A stretch of 32,000 nucleotides of DNA from Cyanophage MED4-117. Location of the stretch: the sequence record JF974321.1; one strand, given 5' to 3'. Below are positions 1 to 8,193 of the stretch, piece by piece (position 1 is the first letter of the stretch; each line of letters starts with the position of its first letter). The notes beneath the pieces are model-generated. The model was not told where the DNA came from, searched no databases, and saw only the letters and a program-made list of their open reading frames with translations. Position numbers and translations under genes: made by a program.

Positions 1-28
1 CTCTTAGTTCTACATTAGAAACTGCCAC
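1..28 (-). CDS. Probable 5' end of tape-measure gene, truncated by left window edge
   Basis: Minus strand has AAAGGAG followed by GTG GCA GTT TCT AAT GTA GAA CTA AGA (MAVSNVELR...). It lies immediately downstream of the gpG/gpGT-like region, the usual tape-measure position. Only 9 codons are visible. Confidence 0.45.
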
Positions 29-46
29 GACTAAACAATAACTCCT

Positions 47-244
47 TTAACTATATCTTGATTTACGCTTGATTGCATCTGCTTCTTTTTTTTCTCTATC
101 ATACTTTAATTCATAATATCCAGCAAAAAATATCAACTCTTCTTCTGTGAGTTGTGTTCTCAATTCACTAACTGTCTTACCTAATTCTGTTGCAAGGAAA
201 AACTCAAAATTTAACCAGTTATCCCCCTTTAGGATTCCTTTGCG
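47..244 (-). CDS. gpT-like extension of the tail assembly chaperone, probably made by -1 frameshift
   Basis: Minus strand -1 frame reads GILKGDNWLNFEFFLATELGKTVSELRTQLTEEELIFFAGYYELKYDREKKEADAIKRKSRYS*. It has no obvious start codon of its own and follows the gpG frame in the CGCAAAGGAATCCTAA window. Confidence 0.6.
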   Translation of the reverse strand, partial: RKGILKGDNWLNFEFFLATELGKTVSELRTQLTEEELIFFAGYYELKYDREKKEADAIKRKSRYS

Positions 245-582
245 TTATCAATATTTGCGTTTTGATTTACACCAAATAAAAATAATTCAATCTCATTTAA
301 TACATTTTCTGGCAACTCATTTTGCAAGTTAGCAAAATCTGCTGGGTGAAATGCTTTTGTACCATCTTCTTTTTCTGCCAACTGACAAAGCATATGTGTA
401 GAAACTATTAATGGGTCATCACTTCCAGCCCTTTGCGTTGCTCTGGCTCTATCAGCCCTTGTGATGGCCTTAAAATATAAACTGACCACAACATTACCAT
501 TATCATCTGTAACGTCAAATTTGCGCCTTTTGGAGAGGTCAAACGACTCCTTTAAAAGGTCGAGGGTTCTTTTTTCTGCCAT
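229..582 (-). CDS. Tail assembly chaperone (gpG-like)
   Basis: 117 aa ORF directly after the tail tube gene and before an overlapping -1 frame ORF and the probable tape-measure gene. Confidence 0.65.
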   Translation of the reverse strand: MAEKRTLDLLKESFDLSKRRKFDVTDDNGNVVVSLYFKAITRADRARATQRAGSDDPLIVSTHMLCQLAEKEDGTKAFHPADFANLQNELPENVLNEIELFLFGVNQNANIDNAKES

Positions 583-610
583 AAATTAAGTGCGAGATAA
601 TCTTAATTTA

Positions 611-1030
611 CTATATGTCTGAAGTTATTGCACCAGTTGTTATAAAGGAAATGTTTATTAACTGTGTTTCCCCAAGTGTTGCCCCATATTCAGCGCTAGT
701 AATGATTCCAGAAAAAGCTAATTTCTTAGAACTAGCTGAACTATCAGGGAATAATTCAAATAATGCGTCTCCAGCATCACCAGTTGTTAATATATCTTCA
801 ACAAAAGCTAAATAGTCTGTGTTACCAGCATTGTCATAAATCAATTCTGCTGATCCTTCACCAGATATAAGACCACCGATAAAAGTTTTAGATGTATTAC
901 CTTGTACTGTAGTTTCTAAAGTATCCTTTGAAACTGATAATGACCAAGATCTAGTTCCTGATATATCGGCTTCAGTACCAGCCGCGTTATGGAACATAAC
1001 CTTACCACTGTCGCCTTTAAGAGCTGCCAT
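611..1030 (-). CDS. Major tail tube protein
   Basis: 139 aa. Sequence style (KGDSGKVMF...ISGTRSWSLSVSKDTLETT...GSAELIYD) is typical of siphovirus tail tube proteins, and it sits upstream of gpG/T. Confidence 0.7.
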   Translation of the reverse strand: MAALKGDSGKVMFHNAAGTEADISGTRSWSLSVSKDTLETTVQGNTSKTFIGGLISGEGSAELIYDNAGNTDYLAFVEDILTTGDAGDALFELFPDSSASSKKLAFSGIITSAEYGATLGETQLINISFITTGAITSDI

Positions 1031-1059
1031 GACAAAAAAAAGAAAGATTTACAAATATA

Positions 1060-1212
1060 TTAACTCTTTTCGGAGTTTTTTACATCTTTTTTAGAATTTT
1101 GTTGACTCTCCATGTATCTTTTACAGTTTGGATCCCACATTTGTCCATCTCTTACTCCTTTGACTGCTTCGATAGCATCTAGCATTTCGTCTGTAATAAC
1201 AAGTTTAGCCAT
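1060..1212 (-). CDS. Small hypothetical protein (50 aa), not in the ORF track
   Basis: Minus strand reads MAKLVITDEMLDAIEAVKGVRDGQMWDPNCKRYMESQQNSKKDVKNSEKS*, filling the gap between tail genes in the same orientation. Confidence 0.55.
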   Translation of the reverse strand: MAKLVITDEMLDAIEAVKGVRDGQMWDPNCKRYMESQQNSKKDVKNSEKS

Positions 1213-1214
1213 GT

Positions 1215-1637
1215 TTAAAGATCCTCGTAGATTGAAAATGTTATTCTAATTTGGGTTTGAAACTTACCTTGTGGACTCGAATTTAGTATTTCGGGACCAA
1301 TAGGTGCATCAAAAATAACACTTGATACTGTAATTCTATTGTATAAGTCCCTAAGCCTTTTGCAAATTGTAAGATTTGACCCTGCCCCTAGTCCTTCTTC
1401 TGTAAAAACATTCAGTAAGACTAAACCACTTATTAGATTATCTGAATCAGTAGCACCACCCTGAGTTAAATAAGTGTTTGTACCAAAGCTTGTAATGCAC
1501 TGTACAAAGGTATCTTCAGCAGTAGAGTCAAACGTCATATTGTTAAAAACAACAGGAATGGCGGGGCTGCTGGCTAGTTCTGTTGCTAATCTAGCCTCTA
1601 TTGTTGATCTAACTGTGTTTAAATCTGTAGCAGCCAT
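1215..1637 (-). CDS. Probable tail terminator/completion protein
   Basis: 140 aa ORF in the connector region. 'GAGSNLTICKRLRDLYNR' and its position match tail terminator-like proteins. Confidence 0.45.
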   Translation of the reverse strand: MAATDLNTVRSTIEARLATELASSPAIPVVFNNMTFDSTAEDTFVQCITSFGTNTYLTQGGATDSDNLISGLVLLNVFTEEGLGAGSNLTICKRLRDLYNRITVSSVIFDAPIGPEILNSSPQGKFQTQIRITFSIYEDL

Positions 1638-2089
1638 TATATTGCACCTTTGATCTTGTTGTATTCCCCTTCAGCCCAACTTTTTAAATCTTTAGCAATC
1701 AATTCTGGAAAACCAGCTACTGTATTTTGTCTTGTTCTATATTTATTGCCCCATGATTCTGGTAAATTTTGTCCAAAACAAACTGGCTCTGCATAAGGTA
1801 AGTTGTTTGATACAACTCCGCTAAACTTTTTTATCTGTGTCTGCCATGCTCCACGTAGTACACCACCAGCTCCATGATCTAATAAAGATTTTTTAAATGG
1901 AACTACTTTACCATTGGGTAATGTAAAAAAGTTAGGTATAGAATCCAGATCAGGGTAATTATCTAAAGAAAAAACAGGTGTTGCCTTTTTTACTCTGGCT
2001 GTCCATTCTAAAGTAGTTGCCTGTACCAAAATTTCTACAGATTCCTCCATTACCTTTGGGATTTGCAAGATAGAAATTTGTCTGGCCAT
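1637..2089 (-). CDS. Probable neck/tail completion protein (HK97 gp10-like position)
   Basis: 150 aa, in connector cluster order. Assignment is mostly synteny. Confidence 0.4.
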   Translation of the reverse strand: MARQISILQIPKVMEESVEILVQATTLEWTARVKKATPVFSLDNYPDLDSIPNFFTLPNGKVVPFKKSLLDHGAGGVLRGAWQTQIKKFSGVVSNNLPYAEPVCFGQNLPESWGNKYRTRQNTVAGFPELIAKDLKSWAEGEYNKIKGAI

Positions 2090-2090
2090 A

Positions 2091-2444
2091 TTACCTCAAG
2101 ATAAGATCAAAACTAACTGGTGTATTATTCTGCTCATTTACAATAACTTGAATAATTTTGAATTCTACGCTACTTATTACCACTCTATCCTTTGTTGTGG
2201 GTGCAAATGTAAGATCACCAGCAGATATAGTTAGCAGTTTGTCTTGTGACTCGATCAGATCGTTCACCTGATTCTTTGAAACATTACTTAATGCACCTTT
2301 AATAGTTGTATCAGATGTAGACTCTGTTATAGCTCCAGTAGTAGTATTGTAAGCCCCTGCTGTGACCTGTCTGATAGTCACATCACCTCCAAGTTTTTTT
2401 AGTGAAGCGCTGGCAGCTTTTTTTAGTGCTTTAGCAAGACTCAT
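2091..2444 (-). CDS. Probable head-tail joining protein
   Basis: The track ORF begins at 2501, but the internal Met (MSLAKALKKAASASLKKLGGDVTIRQ...) is the likelier start. Connector-like position. Confidence 0.4.
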   Translation of the reverse strand: MSLAKALKKAASASLKKLGGDVTIRQVTAGAYNTTTGAITESTSDTTIKGALSNVSKNQVNDLIESQDKLLTISAGDLTFAPTTKDRVVISSVEFKIIQVIVNEQNNTPVSFDLILR

Positions 2445-2686
2445 AAAAAATAAGCAATAACTTGACCACTTGCGAGAGTGATACTTGTAATAACACCACA
2501 AACTTCAGACGAAGCTTTCATTGTGATGCCGTTAATAGTAGCTGATCCATTTTCTGTAATATTTTCTGCTACAAATGTTGCTTCTGCATCTGTTAAGCAA
2601 TGTACCTTACCAAATCTGCCTGTATGGGCGCTTGTATCGGTAATAATAATTGCTGCTGGATACTCATAGCCGTAACCCATTTTCAT
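2441..2686 (-). CDS. Small structural/connector-associated hypothetical protein
   Basis: 81 aa ORF with coupled overlaps to its neighbours. Confidence 0.4.
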   Translation of the reverse strand: MKMGYGYEYPAAIIITDTSAHTGRFGKVHCLTDAEATFVAENITENGSATINGITMKASSEVCGVITSITLASGQVIAYFL

Positions 2687-3243
2687 GACCTCTTAATTGA
2701 TAAGTTTGCTCTTCCGCCTATTCTAATACCCATTAGATAGTGGTCAACGATTGGCGGTATTCGATCAATGCCCACAGCTCCATAAAATCTAGGAGTTACA
2801 TTTATATTACCAATACTTACAGCGGCAAAATCTTCTAACCCACTTAGTTCTAATCCGTTCCTATTGTTGTTCAGATAAACAGCCAATATTACTTGAGCGT
2901 GTTTGACCCTATCTGGTATTTCAGTATCGAGGTAGTAATCTGCGACTAATCTGTTAGGAAATGATAAGCCATACAAGTTGGTGTATGTATCTGGTTTCCT
3001 TACACCCGATCTAGGCCACTCTAAAGCTTGGGTATCAGCTACCCTAGCTCCTAAAAACTTTTCTCTGTCAATTCTTTGGGCTGCTGTAAACAAGGCACGA
3101 TTTTTATTGTCATTGCTTGAGCCGTCCCAAGCTGCGGTATCATCACTAAGGATTAGACCCTCAATAAAAGAATTAGCATCAGCGAGAGTTATATAGGTGT
3201 TTGCGTTAGCACCGCCAACAGTAGCATCAAGTGTTATCGCCAT
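2683..3243 (-). CDS. Head-tail adaptor, DnaT-like fold family
   Basis: 'NTYITLADANSFIE...ALFTAAQRIDR..FLGARVADTQALEWPRSGV..........IPDRVKHAQVILA' is the pattern I associate with phage DnaT-like connector proteins. Confidence 0.55.
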   Translation of the reverse strand: MAITLDATVGGANANTYITLADANSFIEGLILSDDTAAWDGSSNDNKNRALFTAAQRIDREKFLGARVADTQALEWPRSGVRKPDTYTNLYGLSFPNRLVADYYLDTEIPDRVKHAQVILAVYLNNNRNGLELSGLEDFAAVSIGNINVTPRFYGAVGIDRIPPIVDHYLMGIRIGGRANLSIKRS

Positions 3244-3364
3244 TTAGTTTTACCTTTTTGGGCTTTGGTTTGGTTTTTGGCTTTTCAATAGTAGGAGTGA
3301 GAGAAGCCGCCTTTGCAGCAGCTTCATTTCTCTCTCTCATACGCCTAAATGCGTACATAGCCAT
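3227..3364 (-). CDS. Small Lys-rich hypothetical protein (45 aa), not in the ORF track
   Basis: Reads MAMYAFRRMRERNEAAAKAASLTPTIEKPKTKPKPKKVKLNGDNT*. The start overlaps the stop of ORF 3364..3729 and the end overlaps the next gene. Confidence 0.5.
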   Translation of the reverse strand: MAMYAFRRMRERNEAAAKAASLTPTIEKPKTKPKPKKVKLNGDNT

Positions 3365-3729
3365 TAGCTTGATGCACCCTTGAGAGCAACAAAGTTAATA
3401 ACAATAGCTTCACTTAGTGAACCACCAGAAACATTAGAAACTGTGATCTTGAATGATCCAGCAGCAATGCCATTAGCACTTACAATGTAAGCGCCTGCAG
3501 TTCCAGCGGAACCATGACAAGCAACGACAACATCTGTAGCAGCAATTTTGCTGTTAGTAACTGTAAAAGATACTTCAGCGGCATCTGCTAATGCAGCATT
3601 ATTCATTGTGATTTGTCCACTCTGAGTATTCAGAGTTACACCAGTTCCTTTGTTAGTAGCCTGAGTTACAGTGCCGCCTGTAGTTGGACCAATAAGTGAT
3701 CCAGCTGTTACGTCAAATAATGAAGACAT
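3364..3729 (-). CDS. Putative head decoration protein
   Basis: 121 aa Ala/Thr/Gly-rich beta-type protein directly downstream of the major capsid gene. Confidence 0.4.
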   Translation of the reverse strand: MSSLFDVTAGSLIGPTTGGTVTQATNKGTGVTLNTQSGQITMNNAALADAAEVSFTVTNSKIAATDVVVACHGSAGTAGAYIVSANGIAAGSFKITVSNVSGGSLSEAIVINFVALKGASS

Positions 3730-3731
3730 AA

Positions 3732-4769
3732 TTAATCCTGATTAGATACGTTTGTAGCGCGAACAATACCGATGTTCTTTGTCTCATACACTTTCGACCA
3801 TGATGCAACAGTCTCTAATACAGATCTATTAGGATTGACAGTTGAAACAGCGTACTTAAGACCTACTGGATGATAAATGTAGTGGAGATCCACTGCCATT
3901 GCTTCTTCCAAAGCAAGAATATCTCTATCAGTTTGTGTTCTGATTGGTGCCTGCTCTCCAGTAACTACTGCTCCCTGAGTAAAGAAGAAAGTAGAGTACT
4001 CAGTTGAAGAGCCAGAACCTGTTGTAGGTATATCGTCAGAAACGATTACATTTAGACCCATGAATGTATTTACAGCTGTGGGTCCATCAAATGCTCTTGT
4101 TGTGCTACCTGAAGCTGCCGCTGTATCAGGAGCGCCTGTATTATCGTAGATACGATCAATAGCATTTCTCTCTACTAAGTCATAAAAGACTTTTGAATGC
4201 ATTGCAACGGCTGTTAACTTACCACCCTGATCGCCTAGTAAAGATTGTGCTTTAGCAACGTGTCTAGGGCTTAAAGTTGTAGGAGAATCACCAGACTCTG
4301 AATCAATAGTTAAAGCAAATAATGCTGAATTACTATCGTTAGCATTGATAGATCCAAATGCACCAGTTAAGCAAGAATATAAATCCTTTTGCTTTTGGTT
4401 GTTGACGTATGCCGCCATCTTCTGAGCAATAGCAGCCATTGGATCAACACCGCCACCAACTGCAAGAGCAGCTAAGTCACGTGAACTGAATGCACGACCT
4501 CTATGAAGTACAGCTGCAATTTGGTTATCAGCTGTAATCTTTGCTGGTGTTAATGATGTTGAGTCTGTTAAAACTTCAAAATCTCCAGTTAAGTTAGCTT
4601 TGTAGAAAGGTATCTTTACAAAGTCTCCGCCTCTTTCTGCGGATAGATTCAATTCTGCCAAAGGTTGTACTACCCCACTTTGTAGGAAGCTGTCAGTTTG
4701 AGTTGTAGCTTCGATTAAGTAGGGAGTAAACACCTCAGGAATTATTAAATCACTGCGTAATGTCGCCAT
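3732..4769 (-). CDS. Major capsid protein
   Basis: 345 aa. 'ATLRSDLIIPEVFTPYLIEATTQTDSFLQSGVVQPLAELN...GGDFVKIPFYK...' and 'VYETKNIGIVRATNVS', placed between the scaffold-like and connector genes. Confidence 0.75.
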   Translation of the reverse strand: MATLRSDLIIPEVFTPYLIEATTQTDSFLQSGVVQPLAELNLSAERGGDFVKIPFYKANLTGDFEVLTDSTSLTPAKITADNQIAAVLHRGRAFSSRDLAALAVGGGVDPMAAIAQKMAAYVNNQKQKDLYSCLTGAFGSINANDSNSALFALTIDSESGDSPTTLSPRHVAKAQSLLGDQGGKLTAVAMHSKVFYDLVERNAIDRIYDNTGAPDTAAASGSTTRAFDGPTAVNTFMGLNVIVSDDIPTTGSGSSTEYSTFFFTQGAVVTGEQAPIRTQTDRDILALEEAMAVDLHYIYHPVGLKYAVSTVNPNRSVLETVASWSKVYETKNIGIVRATNVSNQD

Positions 4770-4837
4770 TAGAATTTAATAAATATGTTTACTTCGAGGC
4801 ACAACCTCTGACGTAGCACAACCACGTTGTTACTATA

Positions 4838-5509
4838 CTAACCGCTAACTGCGTTTTTGAGCATATTATATTTATTTATGTCTGTTCTAAATAACCTACT
4901 TTGCTCTGTAAGGTTGAAAGATTCTTTGGCAAATGGATTCTTTTCACCAGCTGCAATACTTTCTGTTTGAACTTTAGTTGTTGTTGCTCCTCCTCCCTGT
5001 GGCCTTGGATTCTTTTGTACCCAAGCTGGCATTTTTGACATAGCCCATTCTTTTACAGGTGTTCTATTATAGCCATCAACTACAACAACAGTTCCATCTG
5101 TCTCTCTAGCTAATTGCTCTTTGTCGATACGAGAAAGAACATATTGTGGGTCGTGAACAACATCAGCTAGTGCAGTTACCGCTGGTGCTTCCACCTCAAG
5201 CTGTCTCTGTCTGCTTTCTAGTTCTTGTATTCTTTTGTTCTTAGCTTCTTCAGCCTCTCGGTATTGTTGAGCCTGTTTTGCAATAGCTTCATCATATCTG
5301 CCTTTAGCTTCTAATTCTTCTTTCTCTTTTTGCTGTTTGAAAGCAATTAAGGCATCTACATCAACATCTGGCGGTACAGCTTTAGCTGCCTCCTTTGCTT
5401 TTTTGTAATCGTCTAGAATTTCTCTGTTACTTTTTCTGAGTGCTTCAACTTCTGCCATTAACGCTGCGGTATCTACAGGTGGATTTGGTTTGATTGGTTC
5501 GTCAGCCAT
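4838..5509 (-). CDS. Scaffold-like protein
   Basis: 223 aa, strongly charged coiled-coil (EEKELEAKGRYDEAIAKQAQQYREAEEAKNKRIQELESRQRQLE) immediately upstream of capsid. Confidence 0.55.
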   Translation of the reverse strand: MADEPIKPNPPVDTAALMAEVEALRKSNREILDDYKKAKEAAKAVPPDVDVDALIAFKQQKEKEELEAKGRYDEAIAKQAQQYREAEEAKNKRIQELESRQRQLEVEAPAVTALADVVHDPQYVLSRIDKEQLARETDGTVVVVDGYNRTPVKEWAMSKMPAWVQKNPRPQGGGATTTKVQTESIAAGEKNPFAKESFNLTEQSRLFRTDINKYNMLKNAVSG

Positions 5510-5545
5510 AAATAAATTTTAACAATAATTAATATAAATGATAAC

Positions 5546-5824
5546 CTACCAACGTGTTTTGTCAGCCCAATAAGCCGCACTGACTGGACCTTTCTTAATA
5601 AGTCTTCTAAATCTTGCCTTAAAAGCTGCCCTTTTATCTTTATCTTTTTGTGATTCTCCTTTCCTTGGTGGTTTATTATCTGCACTTTGTAGACCAAATC
5701 TAATTAACTTTTCTTTACCAGCAACTTTTACAACTACTGCACCAGCTTTACCTGATTTATGGTTTGGTGTTTTTATTGGTTGGTTTAAACCTTTAAAGAC
5801 ATGACCACCTTTTTTTATAGTCAT
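5546..5824 (-). CDS. Basic hypothetical protein of a type common in marine phages
   Basis: 92 aa 'HKSGKAGAVVVKVAGKEKLIRFGLQSADNKPPRKGESQKDKDKRAAFKARFRRLIKKGPVSAAYWADKTRW'. Family recognition is from memory. Confidence 0.5.
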   Translation of the reverse strand: MTIKKGGHVFKGLNQPIKTPNHKSGKAGAVVVKVAGKEKLIRFGLQSADNKPPRKGESQKDKDKRAAFKARFRRLIKKGPVSAAYWADKTRW

Positions 5825-5976
5825 TTGCCCTTCCTTCTCATTGCTAATCTATGAGCCTCTGTGAATGAAACCCCCTCTCTCATCTTACGCTTCATAAAAT
5901 CCATGTGCGCTTTAGTATGACCATGCGCCTTTTGATGTCTCGCTAAAGTATTTTTTTGTCTGGTAGTTAGCTTCAT
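5821..5976 (-). CDS. Small basic protein (51 aa), not in the ORF track
   Basis: Reads MKLTTRQKNTLARHQKAHGHTKAHMDFMKRKMREGVSFTEAHRLAMRRKGK*, with an ATGA overlap to the next gene. Confidence 0.6.
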   Translation of the reverse strand: MKLTTRQKNTLARHQKAHGHTKAHMDFMKRKMREGVSFTEAHRLAMRRKGK

Positions 5977-6242
5977 CTTTTTTTAGGATTTTTCTTTCTG
6001 TTCTGGTGTATGTCAATGTCTGCTTTTCTTGCACCGCCTCCGCTTATAAAACTACTAACACGACCCATAGACCAAGCTCCAACAGATACATTTCTTGAGC
6101 CAGAACTTAGATAAGCTGCAACACCGCGCGCGTAAACTTTATTTAAGTCGCCGACAGTGTAAATACTATTCTCTGCCTTTTTTTTAATAGTAGCAGCTTT
6201 AGTAGATTTACTTTTTGCGCTTTTTCTTTTTTTTGGTGCCAT
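5973..6242 (-). CDS. Basic hypothetical protein
   Basis: 89 aa 'YTVGDLNKVYARGVAAYLSSGSRNVSVGAWSMGRVSSFISGGGARKADIDI' resembles a recurrent phage domain, possibly DUF5824-like. Confidence 0.45.
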   Translation of the reverse strand: MAPKKRKSAKSKSTKAATIKKKAENSIYTVGDLNKVYARGVAAYLSSGSRNVSVGAWSMGRVSSFISGGGARKADIDIHQNRKKNPKKR

Positions 6243-6420
6243 CTTGAGAAACTCTAAATTTGGAAATAGCTTTTAAATCAATTTTTTCACCACGCTTATA
6301 AGCTGCTGCTGTTTTTTTTATCTCAGCAGCTTTAGCGGCTTTGTTTTTAGCGCCAGAAAGATAAACTTTCGGTAAGCCAGTTTTTTTATCTTTTGGTCGT
6401 CGTCTAAACTTTTTTGTCAC
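6208..6420 (-). CDS. Lys-rich hypothetical protein
   Basis: 70 aa 'LPKVYLSGAKNKAAKAAEIKKTAAAYKRGEKIDLKAISKFRVSQDGTKKKKKRKK'. Start appears to be GTG at 6418..6420. Confidence 0.45.
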   Translation of the reverse strand: MTKKFRRRPKDKKTGLPKVYLSGAKNKAAKAAEIKKTAAAYKRGEKIDLKAISKFRVSQDGTKKKKKRKK

Positions 6421-6515
6421 TTTTTAGTTTTTTTCTTTGTTTTAGGCTTTACTTCACAGTTTTCAGCCTTTGGCTTTGGTTCGTCATAAGTTTGAACCTT
6501 AAATGTATAACCCAT
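6417..6515 (-). CDS. Micro-ORF, Lys-rich (32 aa)
   Basis: Reads MGYTFKVQTYDEPKPKAENCEVKPKTKKKTKK*, coupled by a TAATG overlap to the previous micro-ORF. Confidence 0.35.
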   Translation of the reverse strand: MGYTFKVQTYDEPKPKAENCEVKPKTKKKTKK

Positions 6516-6586
6516 TATTTTTTACCACCCTTTTTTACTTTTTTCTTTTTACCCTTTGGTTTCATTGATCCGTAGTGTGAAGGCAT
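6515..6586 (-). CDS. Micro-ORF, Lys-rich (23 aa)
   Basis: Reads MPSHYGSMKPKGKKKKVKKGGKK*, with its stop overlapping the next start. Confidence 0.3.
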   Translation of the reverse strand: MPSHYGSMKPKGKKKKVKKGGKK

Positions 6587-6611
6587 AACAATAAAAGTAG
6601 CTGTAACTATA

Positions 6612-6745
6612 TTACTTCCTTTTACGTTTTTTAGCAGTTGTTAATGCAATGGCTTGAGCCTGCTTAAGTGTTTTACCTTCTCTCATAAGCTTACGAATGT
6701 TAGCCGAGATAATTTTTTGTGATTTACCTTTTCTTAATGGCATAG
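6612..6745 (-). pseudogene. Small basic phage gene interrupted by a frame change (decay, sequence error or ribosomal slippage)
   Basis: Frame 1 reads MPLRKGKSHKK... and stops. An adjacent frame reads IISANIRKLMREGKTLKQAQAIALTTAKKRKRK*. Together they match a small phage protein type I recall (MPL.KGKS.K.IS.NI..L..EG...KQA.AIAL..A.K). Confidence 0.5.
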
Positions 6746-6937
6746 CTATCCAAAGTATTTGTTAAGTATGTCAAAGTCCTCATCATCAATGGCAGTTACA
6801 TACAAACCTTCAACTATTTGTTCAAACTTTTTTCTATTAGCTCCTCTAGTTTTTTGCAGTGCATCGTAAATACGTTTTACTACTGATCTGTTTTTAGGAA
6901 ATTTTCTTGATAGTTCAAGCGCTTCAAATGGTGTCAT
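6746..6937 (-). CDS. Hypothetical protein
   Basis: 63 aa ORF fitting exactly between neighbours. The 4-nt overlap with 6934..8193 suggests translational coupling. Confidence 0.45.
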   Translation of the reverse strand: MTPFEALELSRKFPKNRSVVKRIYDALQKTRGANRKKFEQIVEGLYVTAIDDEDFDILNKYFG

Positions 6938-8193
6938 AAGTTTTTCATGGCCTCCTCAAAGGTTTCATCTACCCATTTATACAAACGTGGTGCATTCTTT
7001 TGCAACCCTTCTGGATTAAAAATATACTGTGTGAAAGATTCTGCAAATTGCTCTGCTACATCTTTACGACTGTATTGAGTCGGATAGGTCATGCCTTTTA
7101 AACTTAAAAAGCGCCTACCTAGCTTAGGCATACCTGCTTGGAAATGTACTTGGTGTCCCATCTCATGAACAAAAGTAGAGAACCAATCTATACTTGCGTC
7201 CATTGGATCAGAATTAGACCATACTTCCTCAATACCTTCCTTAAGTCCCTGTCTATATCTTTCGTACCTATTGCCTTTAAACTTGCTGAACTTAAAATTA
7301 GTTTCTAAAGTATTTGCAGCACTTTTTTTGATTCTTTTAGCAGACGCTGCACTAATTTTTCTTGCACCATCTCTTAATCTTGTGTGTACCATTCCAGAAC
7401 TCATAATGGTGTAGCCATTTGTACTACCAGTGGCATTACCGAATAAGTTGTTAACTACCTTTTTCTGAAAGCTAACATCTAGCATTCCATCTTGTTCCAA
7501 TAATCTTATATTTCTTGCAAATAAATCTTTGCGTGACCCTACTCTTAATGTGCCAACACCATTCCATCTTTTTTTCCATTCTTTTACCTCTGCGATCAAA
7601 TCGTCATTAGGAATCTTATCAATAGCTTCAAATCTTTTTATAACAGTTTCATTTGACTTTGCGAAAGCCTCTAAATTTTTACCTGTCAAGAATCTTTGCC
7701 TCAACTTTGTAATATCTGCAGTTTTTTCATATTTCATATTGAATTGATTTACAATATTGCCTTTTTTCATAAATGCTCTCATCTTCTTAATATGTTTTTC
7801 AGTTAAGCCGCCTAGAGTCTCCATTCCGTCTAAGCTATCCTCTGTAAACTCCTGAATATTTCCAAATCTGTTTTTAGTGAGCCATGTATCAACACCCTCA
7901 GTAAACATAGTCGGTGATGTCTTGATCTTAGGCGCTTTAGCTACTGTTGCTGCTACCTTTTTAGCCACACTAGGCTTGGCATATATTTTTTCTAACTTAT
8001 CAAGTGGTAGCTCTGTACCATCATTCCTTATCATTTTTCTTATTGCCGCGTGTCCAGAGCCTTCTTTTTTTGCTAATTTCTTAAAAAAATCCACTTTTTT
8101 TGCTGTGCCTAAAGTCTTTACTTGTAGTTTTTTATCTTGTTGCAATAACCAATCACCATACTTGTGTGCCTTGTGGGACTCTTCCAGTAGCAC
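6934..8193 (-). CDS. Virion-associated zincin-like metallopeptidase domain protein
   Basis: 419 aa with 'STFVHEMGHQVHFQAG' (HExxH) and a downstream 'DVAEQFAESFTQYI' that could supply the third ligand. It directly follows the MuF-like gene. Confidence 0.55.
   Translation of the reverse strand: MLLEESHKAHKYGDWLLQQDKKLQVKTLGTAKKVDFFKKLAKKEGSGHAAIRKMIRNDGTELPLDKLEKIYAKPSVAKKVAATVAKAPKIKTSPTMFTEGVDTWLTKNRFGNIQEFTEDSLDGMETLGGLTEKHIKKMRAFMKKGNIVNQFNMKYEKTADITKLRQRFLTGKNLEAFAKSNETVIKRFEAIDKIPNDDLIAEVKEWKKRWNGVGTLRVGSRKDLFARNIRLLEQDGMLDVSFQKKVVNNLFGNATGSTNGYTIMSSGMVHTRLRDGARKISAASAKRIKKSAANTLETNFKFSKFKGNRYERYRQGLKEGIEEVWSNSDPMDASIDWFSTFVHEMGHQVHFQAGMPKLGRRFLSLKGMTYPTQYSRKDVAEQFAESFTQYIFNPEGLQKNAPRLYKWVDETFEEAMKNL

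Noticed and set aside
147-332. Plus-strand 61-aa ORF
   Set aside because: Antisense to the gpG/gpT region and out of step with operon orientation; composition looks like a reverse-complement artefact.
5473-5697. Minus-strand 74-aa ORF
   Set aside because: Alternative frame overlapping the better supported 92-aa basic protein gene.
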